A stretch of 64,000 nt of DNA from a virus (IMGVR_UViG_3300037484_000491:1-64000), one strand, 5' to 3'; positions 37,431-45,738 are shown, counted from the stretch's first letter. A program made the numbers and translations. Notes: a model not told the origin generated them from the letters alone.

Positions 37431-37754
37431 TTATTTTTCAATTCGTAACCCTATTTCAGGTGAAAACTTATCAAATAATGAAATATTACCTTCATTCACT
37501 TTCCCCTCTTTATCAATTTTCTGCAAAGCAGTTTTAATAATTATAGAAGCTTGCTCTCCAATAGCAATTTCTACCTCCTTTGACTTTGCCCAAAAAATCC
37601 TTCCATCCTTCTGTTCAATTTTAAACTCTTTGAGTTCTTTTTCCGTGAATGAAAGTACTTTTTTCAAATCTGTAAGAATCCTAAAAGTAACAAAACTACC
37701 TTCTACCGGTAATAATTGTACTAAATTAATACGTTCCAAAACATTTAATTTCAT
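37431..37754 (-). CDS. hypothetical protein (107 aa)
   Basis: The track ORF 37431-37874 overlaps the upstream gene by 77 nt. The internal ATG at 37754 (MKLNVLERINL...) removes the overlap. Confidence 0.45.
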   Translation of the reverse strand: MKLNVLERINLVQLLPVEGSFVTFRILTDLKKVLSFTEKELKEFKIEQKDGRIFWAKSKEVEIAIGEQASIIIKTALQKIDKEGKVNEGNISLFDKFSPEIGLRIEK

Positions 37755-37797
37755 AATCGTAATTTTAAAGTGTTTGATTAACAAAATATTTATCTTT

Positions 37798-38526
37798 TTA
37801 AGTTGTTTCAGTAGCAAATAATGGAATGAAGTAATCCAAACCACCAATATCAATACGAATACAAGCATCAGCACCTAATCCACCACCACTCGGTGCTTCG
37901 TTAGGATTGACATCCACAGCAAGTATACAACCAGCAATAGCATTGAATTTAAAGAGATTAGTTATGTTGGTTACTGCGGCAAGTTCAAATGCGTTAGCAA
38001 CAGTACCTGAAGTAATTTTAAAAGCAGAAGTGGCATTACCTGTAAGATTAACCCCAGTAGTAACATTACCTACAATAGTAACCCCTGTCGTACAAGCTCC
38101 TATGCTAATACCAGTGGTTAATGTCCCCGCCACACTAAGACCAGTAGTAAAAGTACCAGTTAATATTCCTATTGCAGTAGTGCAACTACCTGTAATTTCA
38201 AGTCCTTTTCCACAAGCCCCTGAAATTAAAATACCAGCATTGCTACCTGTACCGGCAAGGGAAATCATATTTACTCCTGAAAATGCTGAAGTAATTGCAA
38301 CTCCGGTAGTTCCGTCTGCTGCTATACTGATACCGGTTGTAAACGCTGCTGTTATCCTTAAAGCAGTCGTTGTGGCAGCAGTTACAGAAATACCATTTGT
38401 AGCAGCCGTGTCCATTGTAATTGCCGGAGTACTCCCGGTAGAAAACAAATCAGTTTTAAATGCCGTGAACCTACTGGCATTAGGATACCCCTGCAAACCG
38501 TACATAACATCCACTAATCTTTTCAT
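37798..38526 (-). CDS. Thr/Gly/Ala-rich repeat protein, predicted beta-solenoid-like
   Basis: About ten ~10-11-aa units of the type G-[IV]-x-[IL]-x-G-x-x-T-T (TTGISIAADGT, TGVAITSAFSG, GLEITGSCTTA, GLSVAGTLTT, GVTIVGNVTT, GVNLTGNATS). Confidence 0.5.
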   Translation of the reverse strand: MKRLVDVMYGLQGYPNASRFTAFKTDLFSTGSTPAITMDTAATNGISVTAATTTALRITAAFTTGISIAADGTTGVAITSAFSGVNMISLAGTGSNAGILISGACGKGLEITGSCTTAIGILTGTFTTGLSVAGTLTTGISIGACTTGVTIVGNVTTGVNLTGNATSAFKITSGTVANAFELAAVTNITNLFKFNAIAGCILAVDVNPNEAPSGGGLGADACIRIDIGGLDYFIPLFATETT

Positions 38527-38684
38527 TTCTTTACATTTTTAGTTAGAACTTATCATTATTAACATCTCAATTGAACCTGATTAGTTCCCTCTAATTCATA
38601 TAAATTGGAAATCTCAATAAAATCTCTTTATAAACCAACTTTATTAAAATCCGTTCCCAAACTACAATAATAGAAACCTCTATT

Positions 38685-38927
38685 TTACTTTTTACCCTCT
38701 TCACCCTTTTTTCTTTTAACACTCACAGCATTTAAACCTTTTTTGCCTTCTATCAAATTGTACTCAACTTTATCATCTTTATCTATCTTGTCTAACGTGT
38801 TAGTCACATGGAAAAAAAACTGACGATGTTCCCCTTTTTCATCCAATTCATCATCATCCAAAATAAACCCATACCCCTTGTCTTTTAAAAAGAAACGAAC
38901 TGTGCCCTTGTTTGTTGAATTAATCAT
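38685..38927 (-). CDS. cold-shock-domain (CspA-like) protein
   Basis: KGTVRFFLKDKGYGFILDDD...FFHVT fits the CSD RNP1/RNP2 layout (KGFGFI / VFVH-like). Confidence 0.65.
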   Translation of the reverse strand: MINSTNKGTVRFFLKDKGYGFILDDDELDEKGEHRQFFFHVTNTLDKIDKDDKVEYNLIEGKKGLNAVSVKRKKGEEGKK

Positions 38928-38950
38928 TTTATTTAAATTTTTAATTAATA

Positions 38951-40477
38951 TTATGTGATTCTCCTTGCAATTTTCTTTGGTACTAATTTAGAAAACCCCC
39001 CCGACAGACTATCTGTGATATCTTTGTGCGTACTATAAGGAAAAAACCTTAATTCATTTATTACCGCCATGTTCCATCCTGCTTCAACCATTAACACATT
39101 CCCATTATTCACCTGAACAGAAAATGGATCTGCCCTGAATACTTTGTTCCCTGTCGGTCTTTCTTTATACACACTGAACCCTGCCAAATTCCTAATTGTC
39201 CCTTCCGCACTTTCAACCCCACTGCTACCAGGCTCTTGTTCCATCCACACGATCACTGCACTGCCATCCGACATTGCAGTATTTAAAATCATTTGTTCTC
39301 TTACTTCAGAACTCCATTGCCCCCTCACAATATTCTCAATAACCCATTTACCATTATACAATAAGGACATTTTTGCCCCTACCGTGTATGCACCCCCACC
39401 TTCCGTTCCTGCTTTGTCCCAATACCTGACAGTTTTTACAATCTGATTTAAAGGAGGCAATGCGTTTAACATGATAAACCGGTCAACCTTAAACATCCCT
39501 CCACCAGGTGGCACAGGATTCTGTCCTATCTGTCCTGCATAACCATATTGGCCAAGGTCTGTCTCCAAATCTGTTAAAACTTTCCAAGGTAGCCTATTGG
39601 CATCCAAAAGGTCATTTACATAAAATTTCTTTAGTTCCGGGGGATTGAGATATTTCTCATAATTTCTGATCTCACCCGGAAGACTGATATGTTTAATATT
39701 TTCTTTTTGTTTGTTAAGAATGTGTCCCGCCGGATCGTCCGCATGAAGTCTCTGCATTATTAATATGGTAGGTGTGACATCTTTGTTAGTTTTACGTGTT
39801 GGCAGGGATTGCTCCATCCATTGATTTGCTATACCAAGTTGCACATCAGAAGCAGCCTGTGTAGGATTCAAAGGATCATCTATTATTAATATGTCCCCAT
39901 GAAATCCTGTAATAGTGGCCCCTACTGATGTACTATATCTTCCCCCACCTAAAATTTGCCTCTGTGATCTTGTTTTATTTAAACCATCTACACGTTTAAC
40001 AATTTTAAAATTTGATTTTGTGTCTTTATCTTCTTTAATTCCAATTTCGGGATATATTGATTGAAACAGATCACTTTTAACTATGTCACGACAATAGTCG
40101 GCTCCTTCGAGTGCAAGTTTTTCAGAATAACTTGCTGTAATAAATTTCATCCAATGCCATTTTGACCAGCACCAAACAGGAAATATTACACTGACACACA
40201 GCGTTTTGGTCGTGCCAGGTGGCACATTTATAATTAGATCATAAAGTCTGGGTTCTCTTTTAGCAACTCTTTCCGTAACCTTTTCAAGTTCATTGCAAAG
40301 GTATTCGATGTGCCAGTTTCCCTGGAAGTTGTGAGGGCTGACTATTGGCCAGAAGCATTGAAGAAAGTGATAGAGGCTCCTATCGTTAAGTTCACGAGTT
40401 ACTTTAATCGGGTTTTTAAAAGCTTCCCTCATAAGCTCCTCTTTAGAAAGAGTAGTGCTAACCTCCTGCTCCCTCAT
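38951..40477 (-). CDS. terL: terminase large subunit
   Basis: INVPPGTTKTL (Walker A-like), DILIIDDPLNP (Walker B), and C-terminal nuclease-domain pattern YWDKAGTEGGGAYTVG. Confidence 0.85.
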   Translation of the reverse strand: MREQEVSTTLSKEELMREAFKNPIKVTRELNDRSLYHFLQCFWPIVSPHNFQGNWHIEYLCNELEKVTERVAKREPRLYDLIINVPPGTTKTLCVSVIFPVWCWSKWHWMKFITASYSEKLALEGADYCRDIVKSDLFQSIYPEIGIKEDKDTKSNFKIVKRVDGLNKTRSQRQILGGGRYSTSVGATITGFHGDILIIDDPLNPTQAASDVQLGIANQWMEQSLPTRKTNKDVTPTILIMQRLHADDPAGHILNKQKENIKHISLPGEIRNYEKYLNPPELKKFYVNDLLDANRLPWKVLTDLETDLGQYGYAGQIGQNPVPPGGGMFKVDRFIMLNALPPLNQIVKTVRYWDKAGTEGGGAYTVGAKMSLLYNGKWVIENIVRGQWSSEVREQMILNTAMSDGSAVIVWMEQEPGSSGVESAEGTIRNLAGFSVYKERPTGNKVFRADPFSVQVNNGNVLMVEAGWNMAVINELRFFPYSTHKDITDSLSGGFSKLVPKKIARRIT

Positions 40478-41018
40478 TTTCCGGTATTTGTTTTTTATGG
40501 ATGCTTTCCATCAAAGAAAGTTCAGCCACACTTAAAAGTTTATAGTCTATGGTGCAATTATTAAAAGTGTTCATGTTTCCCGAAGTTGCAGTCTTATAAG
40601 ATTCGGACCATGTTTCAGGTTGTCTTGCAGAGAGCCACTTTATTTGTGCTCTTGATTCACCCTTGTAGAATTTTTTTACTTTCACCCTCACGATTTGTTT
40701 ATTCACTACATGTATTTCTTCTTCTTCTACCCATCGGTCAATACAATTGAGATAATGTGATTCTGCCACTCGCATATCCGCCATTGCTTTTCCTCTTTTG
40801 ATAGCATCAAAAAATTGTGGTCTTTCCCTTTTCCAAATGTTAAGTGTAACCGTAGAGATTCCAAGAATATCGCAGATATGTGTGTCAAGTGCTCCAAGGC
40901 AAGCCAGTTTAAACACGAGAAGGGTGTTTGAGTCTTTCCACAGTGTTTCTCTTTCAAGGTAAGCAGCCTTAGCTTTCTCTTGCAGGTATTCAAGTTTTCT
41001 GCCCCTGGTAAGTATCAT
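40458..41018 (-). CDS. terminase small subunit candidate (HTH)
   Basis: First gene of the late arm; 20-nt overlap with terL; HICDILGISTVTLNIWKRERPQFFDAIKRG HTH pattern. Confidence 0.55.
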   Translation of the reverse strand: MILTRGRKLEYLQEKAKAAYLERETLWKDSNTLLVFKLACLGALDTHICDILGISTVTLNIWKRERPQFFDAIKRGKAMADMRVAESHYLNCIDRWVEEEEIHVVNKQIVRVKVKKFYKGESRAQIKWLSARQPETWSESYKTATSGNMNTFNNCTIDYKLLSVAELSLMESIHKKQIPENEGAGG

Positions 41019-41188
41019 ATTAAAAAATTTTGTCTAATTTATACCTTTTATTTATATACATATGTGTATTTTTACATACATTCTCGGAAAAAGTTTTTAA
41101 AATATTCCTATTTAACATAATAAATTAATTAGAAGACAATAGATTAGGGGTTGTATTGGTTGCTTATTTTTATTGAATCTAAATAACA

Positions 41189-41216
41189 AGCAAATCAGAA
41201 GTTAAGACTGCTAAAA
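41189..41216 (+). repeat. 28-nt dispersed motif AGCAAATCAGAAGTTAAGACTGCTAAAA, copy 1
   Basis: Exact 28/28 identity with 42255-42282 and 45711-45738. Confidence 0.95.
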
Positions 41217-41231
41217 ATGTTTATATTTGGG

Positions 41232-41254
41232 AAATTAATTGTATAATACAGAAA
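41232..41254 (+). promoter_or_regulatory. 23-nt element AAATTAATTGTATAATACAGAAA containing an extended -10 (TGTATAAT), copy 1
   Basis: Exact copy at 54991-55013. Both lie just upstream of a start codon (41261, 55044). Confidence 0.5.
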
Positions 41255-41260
41255 AATAGA

Positions 41261-42163
41261 ATGAAAGTAGGTTTACTTGACATAGACGGTCATAATTATC
41301 CTAATTTAGCTTTGATGAAGATTTCCGCTTATCACAAATCTCAGGGGGATTTTGTTGAGTGGGCATTATTAGATAACTATGATCAGACTTACATGAGTAA
41401 GATTTTCACGTTTACCGAGGAACATATTCCCCCTTTTTGTAAGTATGGAGAAATTATTAAAGGGGGAACCGGATATAATTTAGATAAACTCCCGGATGAC
41501 ATTGATAAATTTCAACCTGATTATTCTATTTACCCACAATTTAAATCTGCTTACGGATTTTTAACAAGAGGATGTCCTAATAAATGTAGTTGGTGTGTTG
41601 TCCCGAAAAAAGAAGGGGGAATTAAACCCTATATGACAATAAAAGAAATTGCAGGAAACAGAAAAGAGGTTATTTTGATGGGCAACAATGTTCTTGCTTC
41701 AGATTTTGGTTTACAACAAATAGAACAGGCAATCAGATTAAATTTAAAATTAGATTTCAATCAGGGGTTAGATACAAGACTAATAAATAACAATATTGCT
41801 CAACTCTTGTCAAAAGTGAAATGGAAACCTTATTTAAGAATGGCTTGTGATTCTTCTTCAATGAAAGAACCATTAAAAAAAGCAATAACTTTATTAAGAA
41901 AATATAACACAAAACCCCAAAGATTTTTTATTTATATTCTTTTAAAAGATTTACAAGATAGTTATGAAAGAGTAAATTTTTGTAAAGAATTAAAATGTGA
42001 TGTTCATTCCCAACCTTTCAGAAACTTTACACCAAATCAAATAATCCCACAATGGCAATCAGATATGGCCCGTTATACAAACCATCATGGAATATATAAA
42101 ACAGTAGATTTTAAAGAATATCAACCAAGAAAAGGATTTACCTGTAATCAATACTTTAAATAA
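41261..42163 (+). CDS. radical SAM enzyme (COG1032/B12-binding-like N-terminus)
   Basis: GFLTRGCPNKCSWCVVPKKEG contains CX3CX2C. The N-terminal KVGLLDIDGHNYPNLALMKISAYHK resembles the Rossmann-like domain of this class. Confidence 0.7.
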   Translation: MKVGLLDIDGHNYPNLALMKISAYHKSQGDFVEWALLDNYDQTYMSKIFTFTEEHIPPFCKYGEIIKGGTGYNLDKLPDDIDKFQPDYSIYPQFKSAYGFLTRGCPNKCSWCVVPKKEGGIKPYMTIKEIAGNRKEVILMGNNVLASDFGLQQIEQAIRLNLKLDFNQGLDTRLINNNIAQLLSKVKWKPYLRMACDSSSMKEPLKKAITLLRKYNTKPQRFFIYILLKDLQDSYERVNFCKELKCDVHSQPFRNFTPNQIIPQWQSDMARYTNHHGIYKTVDFKEYQPRKGFTCNQYFK

Positions 42164-42254
42164 CTCTAAATTTACTTTCCCAACATTTAAAAATTTTTAC
42201 AATTTTTTAGAACTCACTCCCTATAAGAGATTCTGAAATTCCTTAAGTAGTTTT

Positions 42255-42282
42255 AGCAAATCAGAAGTTAAGACTGCTAAAA
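42255..42282 (+). repeat. 28-nt dispersed motif, copy 2
   Basis: Exact. Here it is extended into a hairpin, TTTTAGCA (42251-42258) / TGCTAAAA (42275-42282). Confidence 0.95.
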
Positions 42283-43218
42283 CTCCCTATGCAAAATTAA
42301 AATTTATATAATCTAAAGTTGAAGCTTGCTTCAGATTGAGAAATCACTTTCTAAGTGATTAAAATTCATACGTTTATAGAGGGGTGGTTCTGAGGGTTGT
42401 TACTTTTCCATCGGAGGACTTAGGTAGCCCCCTTCTCTTCTATTTTACATAATAATAATTATGAGACTTATTATTTACACATACATCATTGTAACATAAT
42501 ACATTACCAATATTCCTGCACTATTATACTATGTTAATAGCTTACTTTGTCATATTACCATAACTTATTTACTGATCAGGGCATTCAAATCTGATGCAAC
42601 TATGCTTGATGTGGCATAACCTTAAATTTTGCCTTAACATACTATTAACTTTATTTATTATGTTACTAACTGATCTTTGCATGGTATAATACAGCTCACA
42701 TTATATTTCATGGTATAAGTTCAGTTAATTATCTTAACACAGGGTGATTTTACATATATTACTAATTATCAACATATTAACATATATTGAGAATTAGATA
42801 AGTTAAAGTTTTACAATTATTGTAAATATTTTTGTAAATCGTATTGTCATGTCAATTATTCTTTTTATCTTTGATTTGTTAAGTCGTTGCAGTGATGCCT
42901 CGCAACTTAACTGAGCGTTACGAGGATTAACGCCTACGCAGGAAACGTATATTCTGTACCAGTGTACCCTGGGACAACATGTCAAAAGTACTAAATGCCG
43001 GGATACGGCTGATATATTGACAAAGATATATATTCTTCATTTTGCCTTGTTTTCATGTGATTGTGATTTATCCACACATGAAACGACCTATTTTTTAGCG
43101 AGCGAAATAGATATATATCTGATAGATATTTTTTATGATTTAGAGGTGTTACAGGCGTGATGCTGAGAATCGGATTCTTAACACCCCACTAATTTTATTA
43201 ACCTCAAATTTTAAAATT

Positions 43219-43392
43219 ATGAAACCAAATGATTTTTTAAATGAACAATGGAATGGAAAAATATTTGATCAAAAATATTATGCTCCTTCAGAAAGTTATG
43301 AATTTTATGACAATAAAACTGATACATATTACAATGTACATGGAGAATCATTAAAAAATCCTGAAGTGTACACACCTTTTGAAAATGAATAA
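43219..43392 (+). CDS. hypothetical protein (57 aa, below track threshold)
   Basis: Hand translation: MKPNDFLNEQWNGKIFDQKYYAPSESYEFYDNKTDTYYNVHGESLKNPEVYTPFENE*. Confidence 0.35.
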   Translation: MKPNDFLNEQWNGKIFDQKYYAPSESYEFYDNKTDTYYNVHGESLKNPEVYTPFENE

Positions 43393-43395
43393 AAT

Positions 43396-43453
43396 TTGCT
43401 AATCAGGTCGTTTGTTCAGATATTCACAACTAAAACCAGGTAATTATGAAAAC
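43396..43453 (+). repeat. 58-nt duplicated leader + start codon, copy A (partner 43772-43829, 2 mismatches)
   Basis: ttgct[a/g]atcaggtcgtttgttcagatattcacaactaaaacca[g/a]gtaattATGAAAAC. Confidence 0.9.
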
Positions 43454-43712
43454 AGAAATCAATTACATCAGCAAAGAAACTACGGAAGAGAGTAAAAAAA
43501 TGTTAACCTCTGCTCTTTCTTTGATAAAAGATAAAAATTGCGTTACATGGAATGGTCGACATGCTTGCATTGATAGAATGGTTGCAAATATGGGTCATAA
43601 TATATATACTACTGACATTACCTTAAGAGATCAGAATAATGGTGTTCAGGCTTATTTTTTCAATGGTCAGTTTTGGTCTGCAATAACAAAACAATTACTA
43701 ACATTAATATAA
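43446..43712 (+). CDS. hypothetical protein (88 aa)
   Basis: ORF track. Confidence 0.45.
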   Translation: MKTEINYISKETTEESKKMLTSALSLIKDKNCVTWNGRHACIDRMVANMGHNIYTTDITLRDQNNGVQAYFFNGQFWSAITKQLLTLI

Positions 43713-43771
43713 AAATCATGAACTATATTATTTATTTCCCGCTTTATTTGTTTTGCCTGGTTACATTAACT

Positions 43772-43829
43772 TTGCTGATCAGGTCGTTTGTTCAGATATT
43801 CACAACTAAAACCAAGTAATTATGAAAAC
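43772..43829 (+). repeat. 58-nt duplicated leader + start codon, copy B
   Basis: See copy A. Confidence 0.9.
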
Positions 43830-43962
43830 TTCAGCAACTATTCAGCAACTAAATGAAGCCCTGAATTTCATTAACCAAAAATTTGATGATAACATACAAT
43901 TTAAGGAAATAAAACAAATTTCTGCAATTGGTAGATTAAAATATAGTGCTTATCTTTACTAA
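43822..43962 (+). CDS. hypothetical protein (46 aa, below track threshold)
   Basis: Hand translation: MKTSATIQQLNEALNFINQKFDDNIQFKEIKQISAIGRLKYSAYLY*. It shares leader and MKT start with 43446, and its C-terminal peptide with the mini-ORF 5262-5321. Confidence 0.35.
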   Translation: MKTSATIQQLNEALNFINQKFDDNIQFKEIKQISAIGRLKYSAYLY

Positions 43963-43973
43963 GTAATCAAAAA
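43928..43973 (+). repeat. 46-nt dispersed repeat, copy B (partner 5287-5332)
   Basis: See copy A. Confidence 0.85.
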
Positions 43974-44057
43974 ACAAAACGTGTTAATTTTACTTTGAGG
44001 GTAAAAAACTAATTCAGGACCTTCCGGCACAAACAACATTGTTATATTTATGCTAAA

Positions 44058-44085
44058 TTTTAGCAGTCTTAAAATCTGATTTGCT
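44058..44085 (-). repeat. 28-nt dispersed motif, copy 4 (inverted, 26/28)
   Basis: Plus strand ttttagcagtcttaaaatctgatttgct, versus the reverse complement of the motif ttttagcagtcttaacttctgatttgct. Confidence 0.85.
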
Positions 44086-44119
44086 TATATTATTGATTAT
44101 TAACCAAAAGTAAAACAAA

Positions 44120-44353
44120 ATGAAAACAAAAAAACTTAATTTATTTTATGATCCTAATCAGCAGGAATGGGATTATGCAATTATTAGCTCTGGTTTTTAC
44201 GGTACAAAAGACTATTATTCAAAGGACTATTGTTCAAAAACAGGATTAAAAAAAGGCTTAATTGCACACGGTTACAAAGAAAAACAGCCGTTTAACGGGG
44301 AACGCTGGAATTATGGAGGAAAACAATATAAAGTATCTTTTGATTACAAATAA
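44120..44353 (+). CDS. hypothetical protein (77 aa)
   Basis: ORF track. Confidence 0.45.
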   Translation: MKTKKLNLFYDPNQQEWDYAIISSGFYGTKDYYSKDYCSKTGLKKGLIAHGYKEKQPFNGERWNYGGKQYKVSFDYK

Positions 44354-44362
44354 CTGAATAAA

Positions 44363-44689
44363 ATGAAACAAATAGCTATTTTTCCTGATACACAAATAAA
44401 ACGGTTTAACAGGCTTGAAAAAATCAAATTAATTTTTGATAAGTTGGATGTTTATTTGCAGCCGGTTGAGATCACTATTGAAACATCAAAAAAACAAAAT
44501 AACCAAGTTTATTTTAATACTTGCAATTTTGACAATGTGCAAAATATCAAAATTCCTTTCCCGGAATTTGACGTTTCAATAAATGAAAAAAAAATAACAA
44601 TCCGGGAAGAAGACAAAATGAAAATGGAATTTGCACCAAATCAGTTATTAACAATTTACAGAAGAATTTTAAAAATTAAAGAGTTATGA
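44363..44689 (+). CDS. hypothetical protein (108 aa)
   Basis: ORF track. Confidence 0.45.
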   Translation: MKQIAIFPDTQIKRFNRLEKIKLIFDKLDVYLQPVEITIETSKKQNNQVYFNTCNFDNVQNIKIPFPEFDVSINEKKITIREEDKMKMEFAPNQLLTIYRRILKIKEL

Positions 44690-45012
44690 ACTACAAATGG
44701 AAACCTTCAAAAACTGCAAAAAGAGAATTTGCACAAAATATGCAAAATCCTGAATTTGCAAATGATTATTACGCAAGAAAAGAAGCAAAGGCAGACAAAA
44801 GAAGATCAACTTCAAAATTTGACTATAATTCTGCAGGTGGTAATTATATACCTACAAAGGCTCAACATGACTTTTGTTTTGATCATTTATATTTATTTAA
44901 AGAAGGGTCCGACTTCATCGCCTCACTATCTGTAATGCAAGGTTATTTGGATCAAGAAAAAGTACATCATGATTATATTCATATTGTCAACGAAAAAATG
45001 AGAACAAAATGA
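44686..45012 (+). CDS. hypothetical protein (108 aa)
   Basis: ORF track; ATGA overlap. Confidence 0.45.
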   Translation: MNYKWKPSKTAKREFAQNMQNPEFANDYYARKEAKADKRRSTSKFDYNSAGGNYIPTKAQHDFCFDHLYLFKEGSDFIASLSVMQGYLDQEKVHHDYIHIVNEKMRTK

Positions 45013-45203
45013 AAAAACAATTTACAATATCTGACAAAAAAATATCAGAAATGAAAAAAACTGATATTGAAAAAATGATAACACAGCCAGAAAATCTTTG
45101 TTATTGCCAAAGTTTAGAAACTTATAAAAAATTGGTGAAGTATTGCAACCAGTTAAATATAAATTTTATTCCTGATGAAAAAAAATTAACTATAATAATG
45201 TAA
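45009..45203 (+). CDS. hypothetical protein (64 aa)
   Basis: ORF track; ATGA overlap. Confidence 0.4.
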   Translation: MKKQFTISDKKISEMKKTDIEKMITQPENLCYCQSLETYKKLVKYCNQLNINFIPDEKKLTIIM

Positions 45204-45222
45204 AAAGATAAAAAGATTTGAT

Positions 45223-45426
45223 TTGCGTTTAGAATACAAAAAACAAACAGGAAACTATCCTGTAAAACACAACCCAAATTCATTAACTTCGGGATTATCT
45301 TCATTTGTAGATCCTTTTGATTTTGATTTGGTAAAATACCCTGACGATGTTTCTATTTTATTTGAGAATATAAATAATATTCTTAATTATGTTGACTATT
45401 TAGAGGAATTATTAATCAGAAAATAA
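45223..45426 (+). CDS. hypothetical protein (67 aa, TTG start)
   Basis: ORF track. Confidence 0.3.
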   Translation: MRLEYKKQTGNYPVKHNPNSLTSGLSSFVDPFDFDLVKYPDDVSILFENINNILNYVDYLEELLIRK

Positions 45427-45427
45427 A

Positions 45428-45595
45428 ATGAAAATTATAAATTTAATTGCCAGTATCATGTTTGCCATTATTTGCATTTTTGCAATAACTATCTCTATAA
45501 TTCAAAAAAGAATTGATCTATCGTGCTTGGGATTCATTTTTGGGATTATTTCTTATATTGCTTATAAAGACTTTTGTGATCCTTATCAGCTGTGA
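45428..45595 (+). CDS. small membrane protein (55 aa, two hydrophobic segments; below track threshold)
   Basis: Hand translation: MKIINLIASIMFAIICIFAITISIIQKRIDLSCLGFIFGIISYIAYKDFCDPYQL*. Confidence 0.35.
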   Translation: MKIINLIASIMFAIICIFAITISIIQKRIDLSCLGFIFGIISYIAYKDFCDPYQL

Positions 45596-45710
45596 AAAAA
45601 ACAAAAAAGAAATACTATTGCCGATATTGTAAAAAAAAATTTGATACTCTTTACATGTCTGAAATTTGTTTTAATCTTGATTTAAAAGTATTAGAAAATG
45701 AAAAACCGGA

Positions 45711-45738
45711 AGCAAATCAGAAGTTAAGACTGCTAAAA
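45711..45738 (+). repeat. 28-nt dispersed motif, copy 3
   Basis: Exact 28/28; 87 nt upstream of the SNF2 helicase start. Confidence 0.95.

Noticed and set aside
37907-38542. 211-aa plus-strand ORF antisense to the Thr/Gly/Ala-rich gene
   Set aside because: The biased composition keeps the antisense strand open. Strand choice follows the uninterrupted minus-strand operon and the ATG context at 38526.
42803-42985. 60-aa minus-strand ORF in the long non-coding region
   Set aside because: It has no operon partner, an implausible sequence (MTCCPRVHWYRIYVSCVG...), and it spans the hairpin-rich GC island. It is more likely non-coding.
42283-43218. tRNA genes in the long non-coding regions (also 56640-56997 and 52316-52510)
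   Set aside because: I could not assemble an acceptor/D/anticodon/T cloverleaf or find a GTTCRANYC-type T-loop flanked by a 5-bp stem. The closest segment (gggcattcaaatctgatgc, about 42568-42586) lacks complementary arms.
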